Shown piece by piece: positions 44,110 to 53,881 of a stretch of DNA of 64,000 nt (positions within the stretch are counted from its first letter, which is position 1; each line of letters starts with the position of its first letter). The DNA comes from an uncultured Candidatus Peribacteria bacterium (lineage in GTDB: Bacteria > Patescibacteriota > Gracilibacteria > Peribacterales > Peribacteraceae): assembly GCA_964458645.1 (NCBI GenBank), contig CAYWJU010000001.1, positions 99,784 through 163,783 of the forward strand. The letters run 5' to 3'. The translations under genes were made by a program, and so were the position numbers. The notes under the pieces are model-generated. The model saw only the letters and a program-made list of their open reading frames with translations. It did not search any database and had not been told where the DNA came from.

Positions 44110-44271
44110 GTCACAATCTTGCCCATGTTGCAAAAGGTCACGGCCGCGAGGGTAAGGCAACGCAACGCGAATGCAAGAAAACGATCGAATGCGTTGTGGT
44201 AAGAGGCTGCCCCATTCGAACGTCACCACAGATGCATGCGACCTTTCGCGCGCCACTCCCCCACTCTTACT

Positions 44272-44634
44272 ATGCAAACAACAGCATTCACCGCATCGAG
44301 CACAAAGCCTCTCTACCGCGCCACGCAGGTCGTGTGGTACATCTTGGGACTCATGGAAATCCTGCTCGGATTCCGCTTTGTCCTGAAGGCCATGGGCGCG
44401 AATGCGGCGGCCGGCTTCACCAACTTCATCTACTCGCTCACACAGCCCATGGCCGCGCCGTTTTTGAACGTATTCCGCATCAGCCATGTGGAAGGCAGCA
44501 TTCTGGAATGGACCACGCTTCTCGCAATGGCCGTCTACGCATGTCTGGCGTATGCCATCCTCAAACTGTTTGTCATGAGCAAAGTTGTTTCCACACCCGA
44601 GGCGGCAATCAAACTGGAAAACCAAGACCGCTAA
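44272..44634 (+). CDS. yggT: YggT family membrane protein
   Basis: VVWYILGLMEILLGFRFVLK......F.NFIYSLTQPMAAPF. Confidence 0.7.
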   Translation: MQTTAFTASSTKPLYRATQVVWYILGLMEILLGFRFVLKAMGANAAAGFTNFIYSLTQPMAAPFLNVFRISHVEGSILEWTTLLAMAVYACLAYAILKLFVMSKVVSTPEAAIKLENQDR

Positions 44635-45284
44635 AGCACCCGCAACCACGCACAATTCTTGTCGCAGTGCAGGACCGCAAGGCCCTGCGCTTCGGCGTAG
44701 GCTTTCACGCGCTTCTCATCTGTCGACAAGTCATCACGCAGCGTGACAATGAGCAATCCCCCATCGGTAATCAAACCACGCATCTGTTGCAGCAAGCGAT
44801 CACACAGCGCGGAATCATGCTCGAACGGACTGCCGGGTGCATTGAACAAACTCAAGCACGCCACGATGTCGTGCGGCGGCTTGAGCGAATCCACCCACTC
44901 TGGCTTGGTGGAATCCAACACCAGATGTTTGTATCCGGCAGTGGGATTCGGCCGGATATCGGTGCCGGTGACCGATGCGCCTTTCTGCGCCAGCATCTCG
45001 GCGAAGAATGGCGGATAGCGGTCGCGGAACGTGTCCTCCAGCACGTACGGTTCTGTGGAGCCGCAGCCGATGTCGAGCACGCGCAGGCCCTTTACATCAC
45101 CCAGTGCGGCAACCGCATGCACCTCGCGCATGTCGGCGATGTCGAAGTCCACACTGCCACCCAGCTTTTCGACCACGGAGAAGAATACGTCCTGAGCGGC
45201 CAGGAACTTGGGTTCACGAAGCAAAGCCATCGGCGCTACATGCCGACAAACCCGCCGAAGGTAATCAAAGTCGGGCTGGATCAT
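44631..45284 (-). CDS. class I SAM-dependent methyltransferase
   Basis: Motif I LRVLDIGCGSTEP. Confidence 0.7.
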   Translation of the reverse strand: MIQPDFDYLRRVCRHVAPMALLREPKFLAAQDVFFSVVEKLGGSVDFDIADMREVHAVAALGDVKGLRVLDIGCGSTEPYVLEDTFRDRYPPFFAEMLAQKGASVTGTDIRPNPTAGYKHLVLDSTKPEWVDSLKPPHDIVACLSLFNAPGSPFEHDSALCDRLLQQMRGLITDGGLLIVTLRDDLSTDEKRVKAYAEAQGLAVLHCDKNCAWLRVL

Positions 45285-45308
45285 GAGTGGGTTCGCTGTT
45301 GAGTGTCA

Positions 45309-45393
45309 TGGTGCCGGGGGAGGGACTCGAACCCTCACACCTTGCGGTACACGATTTTGAGTCGTGCGCGTCTACCAATTCCGCCACTCCGGC
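45309..45393 (-). tRNA. tRNA-Leu (anticodon CAA), class II long variable arm, CCA encoded
   Basis: GCCGGAG..GGAATTGGTAGAC.. CACGA CTCAAAA TCGTG, variable arm, GAGGG TTCGAGT CCCTC CCCCGGC A CCA. There is one A-C mismatch in the acceptor stem. Confidence 0.88.
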
Positions 45394-45613
45394 ACACCGG
45401 CATTGTACTGGGAAACTGGCACGCCTGAAAGAAGAGCCTGTACGCTTGCCTGCAGATAGGTAGGTTTATTGGAGAAAACAGAGTCTCAACTCTTCGTACC
45501 TGCGACGTCGCGTCGCAGATGACAGCGTGCCAAGCCGAACACTCCGGGACGCCACGTCCCGGCTACGGCAAGCCAAATGCAGTCCTCTGAACACCATCAG
45601 CACCTTGTAAAAA

Positions 45614-46987
45614 ATGCGCTATACTGCCCGGGCAATGGAAAAGTACTCAACGTTCATCTTTGAGCGCTACGAATTCAACCGCAACACCTGCCGGATCATT
45701 CTGGAATACTCGCTCGACGGCCGCGAGACGTTCACTGAAACGATCCAGTTGCCGAAAGAAGGCTTGGATGAAGCCGCGCTGGATACCCACGAGCTGGATG
45801 CCGTACTGTTCGCCATGCACCTCATTGGCGGCATCAGCTACTACAAAACCTGTTGCCCAAGAGAGATCAAGATCCGCACCGGCCACCTCAACAAACGCCA
45901 AGCCCAGTTCTGGACTGCCGTATACGAAAACGGCCTGGGGGAATTTTTCTTTAAAAACAACATCGACTTCCGTTCATTGGTGCGATTCCCCTTCCCGGAA
46001 GGTATGGCCAGCAAGCCCATTAACTGGAAGCGTCGCAATGTGGTCAATCGTCCGGAGAAGCGCCTGCTCATTCCCATTGGCGGCGGGAAAGATTCCATCG
46101 TAACGCTGGAACTGCTGAAGAAGTCCGGCGCGCGCTGCACGTTGCTGCGCATGGAGCCGCACCCGATTGTGGACGAGGTGGCGCTGATCGCCGGCTTACC
46201 AATGATGACGGTAAAGCGCTCCTTGTCGCCCCGCCTATTCGAACTGAATGCGCTGGGCGCGCTGAACGGCCATGTGCCCATTACCGCGTACCTGTCGATT
46301 CTCTCCATCGTGATTGCGCTGTTGTACGGCTACGACGCGGTTGTCATGAGCAACGAAGGCAGTGCCGATTACGGGAACGTGGTCTTCCAGGACCGCGAAA
46401 TCAATCACCAATGGAGCAAGAGCTTCGCCGCCGAGAAACTGATTGCCGACTATGCCCGCGAATGGATGCTGCACGATGCCGAGTACTTCAGCCTACTGCG
46501 CCCGCTCACCGAACTGCACGTGACCAAGTTGTTCGCGCAGTACCCGCAGTACTTCACCTCGTTCACCAGCTGCAACAAGAACTGGAAGATTGCCGGTGAC
46601 GGTCCGGAAGGGCGTTGGTGTGGTGACTGCCCCAAGTGCGCCTTCGTGTTCGCGCTGATGGCCGCCCATGTGGACCGCAAAACGTTGGATGTTATCTTCG
46701 AGAAAAACATGTTCGACGAACACGAGTTGTTGCCGCTCTACAGGCAGCTGCTCGGCATAGAGGGCACCAAGCCATTTGAATGCGTCGGTACGCCCGAAGA
46801 GACCATTGCGGCATTCCTCCTGGCGCATGAGCGCGGCGACCTGGACGACACCGCAGCAATGCAGATGTTCCTGAAATCGGACGTCTTCAAGAAGATCAAG
46901 AAGCCGAAGCAATTGATCGCCAAGCAGTTCGAACTCGGTACCAGACACTTGGTTCCGACACAGTTTCTTCCCCTGCTCCCCAGCTAA
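45614..46987 (+). CDS. murL: PP-loop ATPase-like protein, probable UDP-MurNAc-L-Ala-L-Glu epimerase (MurL-like)
   Basis: 457 aa. PP-loop-like LIPIGGGKDS and a Cys cluster CGDCPKC. Its stop overlaps the murD start (TAATG). An alternative start is at 45635. Confidence 0.5.
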   Translation: MRYTARAMEKYSTFIFERYEFNRNTCRIILEYSLDGRETFTETIQLPKEGLDEAALDTHELDAVLFAMHLIGGISYYKTCCPREIKIRTGHLNKRQAQFWTAVYENGLGEFFFKNNIDFRSLVRFPFPEGMASKPINWKRRNVVNRPEKRLLIPIGGGKDSIVTLELLKKSGARCTLLRMEPHPIVDEVALIAGLPMMTVKRSLSPRLFELNALGALNGHVPITAYLSILSIVIALLYGYDAVVMSNEGSADYGNVVFQDREINHQWSKSFAAEKLIADYAREWMLHDAEYFSLLRPLTELHVTKLFAQYPQYFTSFTSCNKNWKIAGDGPEGRWCGDCPKCAFVFALMAAHVDRKTLDVIFEKNMFDEHELLPLYRQLLGIEGTKPFECVGTPEETIAAFLLAHERGDLDDTAAMQMFLKSDVFKKIKKPKQLIAKQFELGTRHLVPTQFLPLLPS

Positions 46988-48285
46988 TGCGCATTCAAGA
47001 GCTCGATGGGAAGACTGTCTGCATTCTTGGCTTCGGCCGCGAGGGGCAAGCCACGCTGCGCGCGTTGAAGAAGTATGCACCAACGGCCAAAGTGACGATC
47101 GCGGACGGCAATGCGGAGCTGAAGGCCGAAGGCTGCGAACTGCGAGTCGGCCCCGGCTACCTGGAGAACCTCAACGGCTTCGATGTCATCATCAAGTCCC
47201 CCGGCATTCCGCCGAACCCAAAGCTTGAAGCTCATCGCTCGCAGCTCACCTCTGCGACACAAATTTTTCTCGATACCGTAAAAGCCGCCGGATCCACGGT
47301 GATCGGCGTCACGGGATCGAAAGGCAAGAGCACAACGACAACACTGATCTATGAACTACTGAAAGCACACTCGAAGCTCGAAGCCCATAACTCGCAGCCG
47401 TTTCTTGTCGGCAACATCGGCATTCCTGCCCTGGACTACCTGGAACACGCCAAGTTGAATACAATTTTTGTTCAGGAAATGAGCAGTTATCAACTCATGG
47501 ATCTCACGACGAGCCCGCAAATTGCCGTCATCACCGCATTCTTTCCGGAGCACTTGGATTATCACGGATCATTGGAAGCCTACAAGGAAGCCAAGGCCCA
47601 CATTGCCCGGTTCCAAGGTGCAAGCGACAGCGTGTTCTACAGCGACGCATTCCCCGAGACTAAAGCTATGGCGCTGGAAAGCCCGGGAACGCACATCGCC
47701 TATTCCAAGGCCGATGCTCCGGTGGCACTGGCGGAAACCAAGCTGCGCGGAGAGCATAACCTCACGAATATCGGCGGTGCCTACAAGGTGGCTGCATTGT
47801 TGGGGATCTCGCTGCAAACGGCATTGCCGGTCATTCAGAACTTCAAAGGACTGCCTCATCGCCTGGAATCGCTCGGCAAGACCGACGGAATCGAGTGGGT
47901 CGATGATGCGATCTCCACCACCCCCGAATCGGCCATCGCCGCTCTGGACGCATTGGGCGACGACGTGGTGACCATGCTGCTCGGCGGCCAGGACCGTGGC
48001 TACGACTTCCATTCGCTGGCTGCACGCATCGCCAAATCCAAAGTTCGCACTATCGTATTGTTCGGCGAAAGCGGCCCGCGCATCCGCGAAGCGGTGGGCG
48101 ACGCGCATGCCGACGTGTGCTTCCATGAAGCCGATGGAATGCAGAAGGGCGTGGAACTGGCCCGCAAGAACACCATGGAAGGAAAAATTGTGCTGCTGTC
48201 CCCCGCCTCGCCCAGCTACGACATGTACAAGAACTTCGAAGACCGCGGCGACCAGTTCAAGCGCTACGCACTCGGAATTTCCTAG
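46987..48285 (+). CDS. murD: UDP-N-acetylmuramoylalanine--glutamate ligase (MurD; possibly the MurD2 L-Glu-adding type)
   Basis: GVTGSKGKSTTT, GNIGIPAL, QEMSSYQL, GEHNLTN, GLPHRLE, DDAISTTP, LSPASPSYDMYKNFEDRG. Confidence 0.9.
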   Translation: MRIQELDGKTVCILGFGREGQATLRALKKYAPTAKVTIADGNAELKAEGCELRVGPGYLENLNGFDVIIKSPGIPPNPKLEAHRSQLTSATQIFLDTVKAAGSTVIGVTGSKGKSTTTTLIYELLKAHSKLEAHNSQPFLVGNIGIPALDYLEHAKLNTIFVQEMSSYQLMDLTTSPQIAVITAFFPEHLDYHGSLEAYKEAKAHIARFQGASDSVFYSDAFPETKAMALESPGTHIAYSKADAPVALAETKLRGEHNLTNIGGAYKVAALLGISLQTALPVIQNFKGLPHRLESLGKTDGIEWVDDAISTTPESAIAALDALGDDVVTMLLGGQDRGYDFHSLAARIAKSKVRTIVLFGESGPRIREAVGDAHADVCFHEADGMQKGVELARKNTMEGKIVLLSPASPSYDMYKNFEDRGDQFKRYALGIS

Positions 48286-48291
48286 GACGCA

Positions 48292-48510
48292 TCACAAATT
48301 CTCCATGCTCCAGTAGTCCGCAATCGGATTCACCTTTCGGCGTATGACAACCAGAACTTGATCATCGGTAAGCAAAGGATTGTTCCGTAGAAGAATCAAC
48401 ACCCGTCGCACGACATCGAACGTCACCTCCACGGTCGGCGATGGAAACTGTTCCTCTATTGCCTCGGCACGTTGCTCAAGAGTCCGTGAATTTGCGGCAA
48501 GAATTGGCAT
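48292..48510 (-). CDS. small hypothetical protein (72 aa)
   Basis: Internal ATG (MPILAANSRTLEQRAEA...). It lies downstream of grpE on the same strand. Confidence 0.4.
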   Translation of the reverse strand: MPILAANSRTLEQRAEAIEEQFPSPTVEVTFDVVRRVLILLRNNPLLTDDQVLVVIRRKVNPIADYWSMENL

Positions 48511-48597
48511 GGAAAAAATGTAGTTATTTTCTACAACAATGCAAGTTCTTCGGCAGCGCAAAACTGCTTCTGCTCAATTGCATGCCGAAAATGCGGC

Positions 48598-49182
48598 CTA
48601 TTTTGCCGGCTCCGGTTCTCCGTTGCCCACCTTCACTTTGGCCGGGCGGATGACCCTTCCTCCGAACTCGTAGCCGTCCTCGAAGACCTCCAGCACTTTG
48701 CCAGCCTCACCGGGAGCAGTCATCAGCACTTCATGGCGATCGGGGTTTGCGGCCTCGTTTTTGGCATCGAATTTCTTCAGGCCCATTTCAGTGACCACGC
48801 GCATGAATTCTTGCTCGATGGCAGTCATGCCCTTTACCCATTCGTGCGAAGCGAGCTCTTGGGGCAGGTGTTTGAATGCGCGCTGGAAGTTGTCGATGGT
48901 CGGCAAGAGTTTGCGCAACGACAACTCGGCGGCGTACTTCTTCAACTCGCCGCTCTCGCGTTCCATGCGGATTTTCGCGTTCTGCAACTCGGCTTGGGCA
49001 CGACCGGCGATTTCGGTGAGTTTGGCGACCTGCTGGGTAAGTTCGTCGATCTTGCTTTGAAAGGCACCGTCTTGAGCTGCTTCAGCCTGAGCCTTCTTCA
49101 CTTTCTCCAACAAGTCATCGCCATCACCTTTTTGCGATGTAGGGACTTTGCCGTGCGGCTGTTTTTGATCACTTTTCGTCAT
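48598..49182 (-). CDS. grpE: nucleotide exchange factor GrpE
   Basis: A coiled-coil N-terminal half, then LLPTIDNFQRA, H.A......G.V..V...GY....R..RPA.V.V. Confidence 0.92.
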   Translation of the reverse strand: MTKSDQKQPHGKVPTSQKGDGDDLLEKVKKAQAEAAQDGAFQSKIDELTQQVAKLTEIAGRAQAELQNAKIRMERESGELKKYAAELSLRKLLPTIDNFQRAFKHLPQELASHEWVKGMTAIEQEFMRVVTEMGLKKFDAKNEAANPDRHEVLMTAPGEAGKVLEVFEDGYEFGGRVIRPAKVKVGNGEPEPAK

Positions 49183-49260
49183 GTCGAAAGTATAGCAGAG
49201 ACACTATTGGCTTCAATCGGGCAATGGCACAGTAGGCTCACGCTTGCTACTCTTCACACC

Positions 49261-50247
49261 ATGTTCCAATCCATTCTGTTCTTGGTCGCCGGTCTGTTTA
49301 TTGTCGTGAAGGGCGCCGACTGGCTGGTAGAAGGCGCCTCGTCGCTTGCCAGGCGCATCGGGGTTTCGGAACTCGCTATCGGTCTTACGGTAGTGGCATT
49401 CGGCACATCCATGCCGGAGCTCTCTGTGAACCTGCTCAGCGCGCTGAACGGCAGCACAGACATCGCTATCGGCAACATTGTCGGCAGCAATATCGCCAAT
49501 ATCCTGCTCATTCTTGGTATCGCGGCAATCATCACTCCCATGACGGTGCAAACCTCGACCGTATGGAAAGAAATCCCTTTTTCGCTACTCGCCGCGGTGC
49601 TGGTACTCGTCATGGCAAACGACCATATTATCGACGGCTTGAGCTTTGCTGAGTTGACGCGCAGTGACGGCTTGTCCCTGATCGCGTTCTTCCTGATTTT
49701 CCTGTGGTACACCTTCGGCATGTCACGCGTAGACGACGGCAGTCCGGACGAATCCAAGAAAATGGGTCTGCCAAAGGCATGCGTCATGATCTTGGGTGGT
49801 CTGGGACTCTTGATCGTCGGCGGCAAACTGACCGTCGACGGCGCCACTGGAATCGCGATGGCACTTGGTGTATCTCAGTCCCTCATCGGCCTTACGGTAG
49901 TGGCTGTAGGCACCTCCATCCCCGAACTGGCAACATCGGTGGTTGCGGCAATGAAAAAGAAAGCAGACATCGCAGTGGGCAACGTTGTCGGCAGTAACAT
50001 CTTCAATATCTTTTGGATCCTCGGTATCAGCGCAATCATCCGACCGCTGCCATTCCGCCCCGAAATGAGCATCGACCTACTGGTGGCGATTGCAGCAACC
50101 TTGCTGTTGTTCCTCTCCAGTCACACCGGCTACCGAAGGATTCTTTTTTGGAAGCAGCGTGAGGGGCACATCATCAATCGTGTCGACGGCTGGTTGATGC
50201 TTGCAAGCTATGTACTGTACACGGGGTACTTGGTCTGGCGCGGTTAA
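49261..50247 (+). CDS. calcium/sodium antiporter (CaCA / YrbG family)
   Basis: Two alpha repeats: GLTVVAFGTSMPELSVN and GLTVVAVGTSIPELATS. The track ORF start at 48733 is an antisense run over grpE. Confidence 0.88.
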   Translation: MFQSILFLVAGLFIVVKGADWLVEGASSLARRIGVSELAIGLTVVAFGTSMPELSVNLLSALNGSTDIAIGNIVGSNIANILLILGIAAIITPMTVQTSTVWKEIPFSLLAAVLVLVMANDHIIDGLSFAELTRSDGLSLIAFFLIFLWYTFGMSRVDDGSPDESKKMGLPKACVMILGGLGLLIVGGKLTVDGATGIAMALGVSQSLIGLTVVAVGTSIPELATSVVAAMKKKADIAVGNVVGSNIFNIFWILGISAIIRPLPFRPEMSIDLLVAIAATLLLFLSSHTGYRRILFWKQREGHIINRVDGWLMLASYVLYTGYLVWRG

Positions 50248-51788
50248 CCCAGGCTCCGGCGGATGAATCCCGCCTCAACAATCTCTCGCTTCAGCGCCTC
50301 CTCTCGCAGCAGGCTCTTGTCATTCAAGCGACGGAAGATGGTGGACGTGAAATTGCGGTGAATGAAGTGATGCGGCTTTTCGGGGCCGAGTTCAATGCCG
50401 AGGATTTCCTCAATGGCGGCAATATCCTCACGTACGTCCTTGAACGTCTGCGACGTGCGGGCGAGCGCATCCAGGTTCTCGCGATTCAAATACTTTCCGG
50501 CATGCTGCAAATCGGCCCGCAGCGCAGGGTAATACTTATCGATCACCTCGTAGAGACCTTTCTGTTTCGCCATGCGTAATCCGCGTCCGGTTGTTATGAA
50601 CTCCGGTGGAACGCCAACCGAGTACAGCGCGGCAGTAAAGCCGATCGCACGCGGCAACCGGACTTTGCCGATGCCACGGCTGTACCCGAACAAGCCGATG
50701 TGCTGCAGACGCTCACGACGTTGCGGTACGTAGGCGGCGACCTGGTTGATAAGCGGGGCAATGCTCTCGATAGCAGGGCGCCACATGGCCGTGAACATGG
50801 CCGCAAGCTGCGTAATGGCCTTTAGGTCGGCAGGCGGTACGTGCACGGGTTTTAGCTTGGGCGCCTGTTCGCGAATGGCCTTGAGCGCCTTGCGCACGTC
50901 TTTCAGCTCGTAGTCGTAGCGGAAACCCGACTGAATGGAATACGTGGCGACACCGGCGTATTGCTCCAGGAACGGCTTGGTATAGAGCGGGTTCACGCTG
51001 CCGCGGAACGGCAACGAACCGGTGCCGATGACGGGGTGCACCTTGATACCGAGTGATTTGCCCACGTCCGCTGTAATACTGAGTGCGGACTTCACCGCCA
51101 AGACTGCGGGAACCAAGCCGGCGTTCATGGCCGGGTCGGAACGCGCCATAAAGATACGCTGGCCGCGTTCGCTCATGTCTTTCTTTTCTTTCACCAGAGA
51201 TTCCCAATACGGGCGGACGATTTTTTCTATGCCCAATAGCGACGGCACATCTTCGACCAACGGCGTTACCTCGAATAGTTTCAGCAGCTGATCATCCGGC
51301 TTTTTGCCTTTGTGAAAAATGGCGCGGTGGTACCCGGCGATTTCCTGAAAAGCCTTGCGTACGGCCATCGGCTGGGTGCAGGACGTAGTGAGCGGCAAAA
51401 ACATTTCGGTAACCGGCGGACGCGACAGGCCGATGTCTTTGCCTAAGTCAGCCAAAGACAGCACATTCATGAAGGCGCGCGCCATACGATGCATGTTGCT
51501 GCCGTCGAATGCGGGGATGCGATAGGTAAGATGCAGCTCTTGGCCCAGTGGCCTCTTTTCCAAAAGCTTCTGGGCACGAGAGAACAACTTCTCCCCTACT
51601 GCTTCATCGACGTATTTCCCTTCCCAATCCCACATGTACTCGTCGATGGGCAGCTCCTCGAACAACAGCGTCATTTCTTCTATTTCATCCTGCGTCGGCA
51701 CAAAGGCATCCTCTCTCCACCACGGCACCGAAGCGTTGTCCGGATGCTGGGTTGCCATAGTCACTGGTGGCCAGACTCGCTTGCCCAT
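50244..51788 (-). CDS. ppcA: phosphoenolpyruvate carboxylase, archaeal type (PepcA family)
   Basis: N-terminal MATQHPDN signature of the short archaeal-type PEPC, about 514 aa. The start is set at MGKRVWPP; an alternative start is at 51806. Confidence 0.75.
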   Translation of the reverse strand: MGKRVWPPVTMATQHPDNASVPWWREDAFVPTQDEIEEMTLLFEELPIDEYMWDWEGKYVDEAVGEKLFSRAQKLLEKRPLGQELHLTYRIPAFDGSNMHRMARAFMNVLSLADLGKDIGLSRPPVTEMFLPLTTSCTQPMAVRKAFQEIAGYHRAIFHKGKKPDDQLLKLFEVTPLVEDVPSLLGIEKIVRPYWESLVKEKKDMSERGQRIFMARSDPAMNAGLVPAVLAVKSALSITADVGKSLGIKVHPVIGTGSLPFRGSVNPLYTKPFLEQYAGVATYSIQSGFRYDYELKDVRKALKAIREQAPKLKPVHVPPADLKAITQLAAMFTAMWRPAIESIAPLINQVAAYVPQRRERLQHIGLFGYSRGIGKVRLPRAIGFTAALYSVGVPPEFITTGRGLRMAKQKGLYEVIDKYYPALRADLQHAGKYLNRENLDALARTSQTFKDVREDIAAIEEILGIELGPEKPHHFIHRNFTSTIFRRLNDKSLLREEALKREIVEAGFIRRSLG

Positions 51789-51851
51789 ACGGCCGCACTC
51801 TACCATGGCGTCGCTGCGATTCGGAAACGAACGATTCTCTGAGGAAATACA

Positions 51852-53096
51852 ATGACGCATGTATCCAAAAGAGCGTATACTGACAGGGTCATGGCAAAAC
51901 GCACTGCAGCGACCACGAGGCGAGCGGAAAAGGCGAACGTATCTTGCGAAAATTGCCACGCAGAAGATCGTGATGTGCTGAAGAATGCACTGGAAGCCTG
52001 TGCCATGTTGCTGGCAGCCAGTGCGTTGTATTTCCTCTATAACCGAATCGGATCGCCGTCATTTGCACTGGAGGAAGGCAGTGTGGTGAGCCTGGGAACA
52101 ATCTTTCTCGTCGGCGTCACGGCATCTGTTTCCAGTTGTCTGGCGCTTGTCGGAGGATTGCTGCTTTCCGTCTCTGCCGCATGGTGCGAAGGCCGCGACA
52201 ATCTGTCGCATACGGCGAAATTCGTTCCGCTCGCACTGTTTAACATCGGTCGTTTGGCGGGATATTTTGTACTTGGCGGAGTCATCGGCATGATCGGCCA
52301 AAACGTCGGACTTTCACTGAAGACAACGGGCATGATCACCGTCCTGCTTGCACTGGTGATGTTGGCGCTCGGCCTGAAAATTCTGCACATCATACCGAAA
52401 AACTTCTGCACCATTCCGCTTCCGAAGGCGATGATGCAACGCATCCGTGGATTGTCGAAATCGAATCATCCTGTCGCCGCAGCGCTGCTCGGCGCACTGA
52501 CATTCTTCATTCCTTGCGGCTTCACGCAATCCGTACAGCTTTTAGCACTCGGATCAGGCAGCTTTCTTTCCGGAGCGGTCATCATGTTCGCCTTTGCGCT
52601 CGGCACGCTTCCTGCGTTGCTTGGCATCAGTGCGCTCAGCGCGTTTGCCGAAGGAACATTCGGACGGCTGTTCTTTAAGTTTTCCGGCGCGGTTGTCGTT
52701 CTCCTGGCATTCGTCAACCTGAGCAATGGATTGGTGCTCAGCGGCCATAATCCCATGCAATTCTTCAGTGGAAATTCCGGCGCAGCGTATGCAAGCTCAG
52801 ACCCCAATGTCACCATCGACGAAAACGGCCAGCAAATCATCAGTTTACAAGTAAGCAGCCACGGCTATTCCCCCGCCTCGTTCACCATCGATCCCGACAA
52901 GCCCACATGGGTCTATGCAGTGGCGCAAGACGGCGTTTCCGGCTGCGCGACTCAGCTCACCGCCCCTGAGTTCAATATGAGCGTGTCCATTAAGCAAGGC
53001 GAGAACTGGATGGGCCCCATGACACCGAAGAAAGATTTTGTCCTGGCGTGCTCCATGGGCATGTATCGCGCCGACGTGCATGTGAAGCAAGGCTAG
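51852..53096 (+). CDS. DsbD_2/TauE-like membrane protein with a C-terminal cupredoxin-like domain
   Basis: About six TM helices with FFIPCGFTQ, then a soluble domain of about 110 aa ending in LACSMGMYRADVHV. Confidence 0.6.
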   Translation: MTHVSKRAYTDRVMAKRTAATTRRAEKANVSCENCHAEDRDVLKNALEACAMLLAASALYFLYNRIGSPSFALEEGSVVSLGTIFLVGVTASVSSCLALVGGLLLSVSAAWCEGRDNLSHTAKFVPLALFNIGRLAGYFVLGGVIGMIGQNVGLSLKTTGMITVLLALVMLALGLKILHIIPKNFCTIPLPKAMMQRIRGLSKSNHPVAAALLGALTFFIPCGFTQSVQLLALGSGSFLSGAVIMFAFALGTLPALLGISALSAFAEGTFGRLFFKFSGAVVVLLAFVNLSNGLVLSGHNPMQFFSGNSGAAYASSDPNVTIDENGQQIISLQVSSHGYSPASFTIDPDKPTWVYAVAQDGVSGCATQLTAPEFNMSVSIKQGENWMGPMTPKKDFVLACSMGMYRADVHVKQG

Positions 53097-53206
53097 CGCA
53101 TGCATCTTCCGGCAACCATCGCCGCCTACTGACCACTGCCCACTATTCCAGGCCACTCATCAGCGAGCAGGCGAATAAGCGATTGGCCAGGCTGCGCAGC
53201 GCACGC

Positions 53207-53824
53207 TCAGATTTTGCACGGCACCTCCGGGTCGGCGATGCAGTTTTCGGTAGGCGGATCTCCGCGCTCGGGACATGTGCGCGAATACAGACATGCGTCG
53301 TTACTCAACAAACCGAGTTGATACGTAATGTCGTCTTGCAGGAGCGCATCGGTCAACAACAATTTGTCGTTATCGGCAAAAACATAGTCGGCCGGATTCC
53401 CCGGAGTCAGTTTGCCATTTACATACAACTTCATCGGTCCGCTCTCGCACGCTGCAAACGGCCTCTTCTCTTGCAGGGCGTACCAGCACCACTCGTCTTC
53501 CACCTTCGAGCCGAAACCGAAGCCGATAGATGTAAAGAATTCACCCAGACTCAAATCGGGCTTGTGACGGTGAATCACGCGTCCGTTGGCATCGTGCAGA
53601 TGAAAATATTTGCTGTGCGTTTCATCGTGCACGGCGTCCGTGGAAAGCCCGGACATGTACTTGGGTAACGAAAAGTCGATTTGCTTGCCGCGGACCCACA
53701 CTGCGAAATCGGCATGCGTATGGTTCGGATCGGGATTCACGGCAGGTGCGTGAGTACGTCCAGGACCCAGCGCCCAAACGACGACGAATGCAGCCAACAA
53801 CAAGGAAAGAATGCGGAAAATCAT
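53207..53824 (-). CDS. secreted His- and Cys-containing hypothetical protein (205 aa)
   Basis: Start set at MIFRILSLLLAAFVVVWA (signal peptide). His-rich segments HTHADF and HDETHSKYFHLHD..RVIHRH, plus 6 Cys. Confidence 0.55.
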   Translation of the reverse strand: MIFRILSLLLAAFVVVWALGPGRTHAPAVNPDPNHTHADFAVWVRGKQIDFSLPKYMSGLSTDAVHDETHSKYFHLHDANGRVIHRHKPDLSLGEFFTSIGFGFGSKVEDEWCWYALQEKRPFAACESGPMKLYVNGKLTPGNPADYVFADNDKLLLTDALLQDDITYQLGLLSNDACLYSRTCPERGDPPTENCIADPEVPCKI

Positions 53825-53881
53825 GCGGACAACGGACGTGCGAAATAGAATGATTCCTGGAACGATGGTAGTATAACAGCC

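Noticed and set aside
44196-45302. A 368-aa plus-strand ORF, together with similar long ORFs at 41060-41923 (-), 3630-4607 (+), 8082-8864 (-), 28292-29008 (-) and 42118-42921 (-).
   Set aside because: Each overlaps a gene with recognisable family motifs on the other strand or frame (methyltransferase and yggT, the paralog pair, rseP, the HD protein, prs, pfp). None shows a motif of its own.
45531-45562. A possible degenerate duplicate of the tRNA-Leu 5' end (GCCGGGACGTGGCG versus GCCGGAGTGGCG) inside the hairpin CCGGGACG-CCA-CGTCCCGG, as a fourth member of the tRNA-duplication family.
   Set aside because: The match needs two indels over 12-14 nt in a GC-rich context. The spacing (about 150 nt) differs from the other cases. 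The evidence is too weak to claim.
47221-47400. A repeated peptide and DNA motif inside murD (PKLEAHRSQL and SKLEAHNSQP; AAGCTNGAAGCNCAT..CTCGCAGC, 150 bp apart).
   Set aside because: Both copies fall in regions where MurD homologs have residues of similar length, so neither is an insertion. A 9-aa similarity inside one gene is most simply chance or a very old local duplication.
48733-49260. A 5' extension of the antiporter ORF; the track starts it at 48733.
   Set aside because: The extension runs antisense over grpE and is not membrane-like. The CaCA protein begins naturally at MFQSILFLVAGL (49261).
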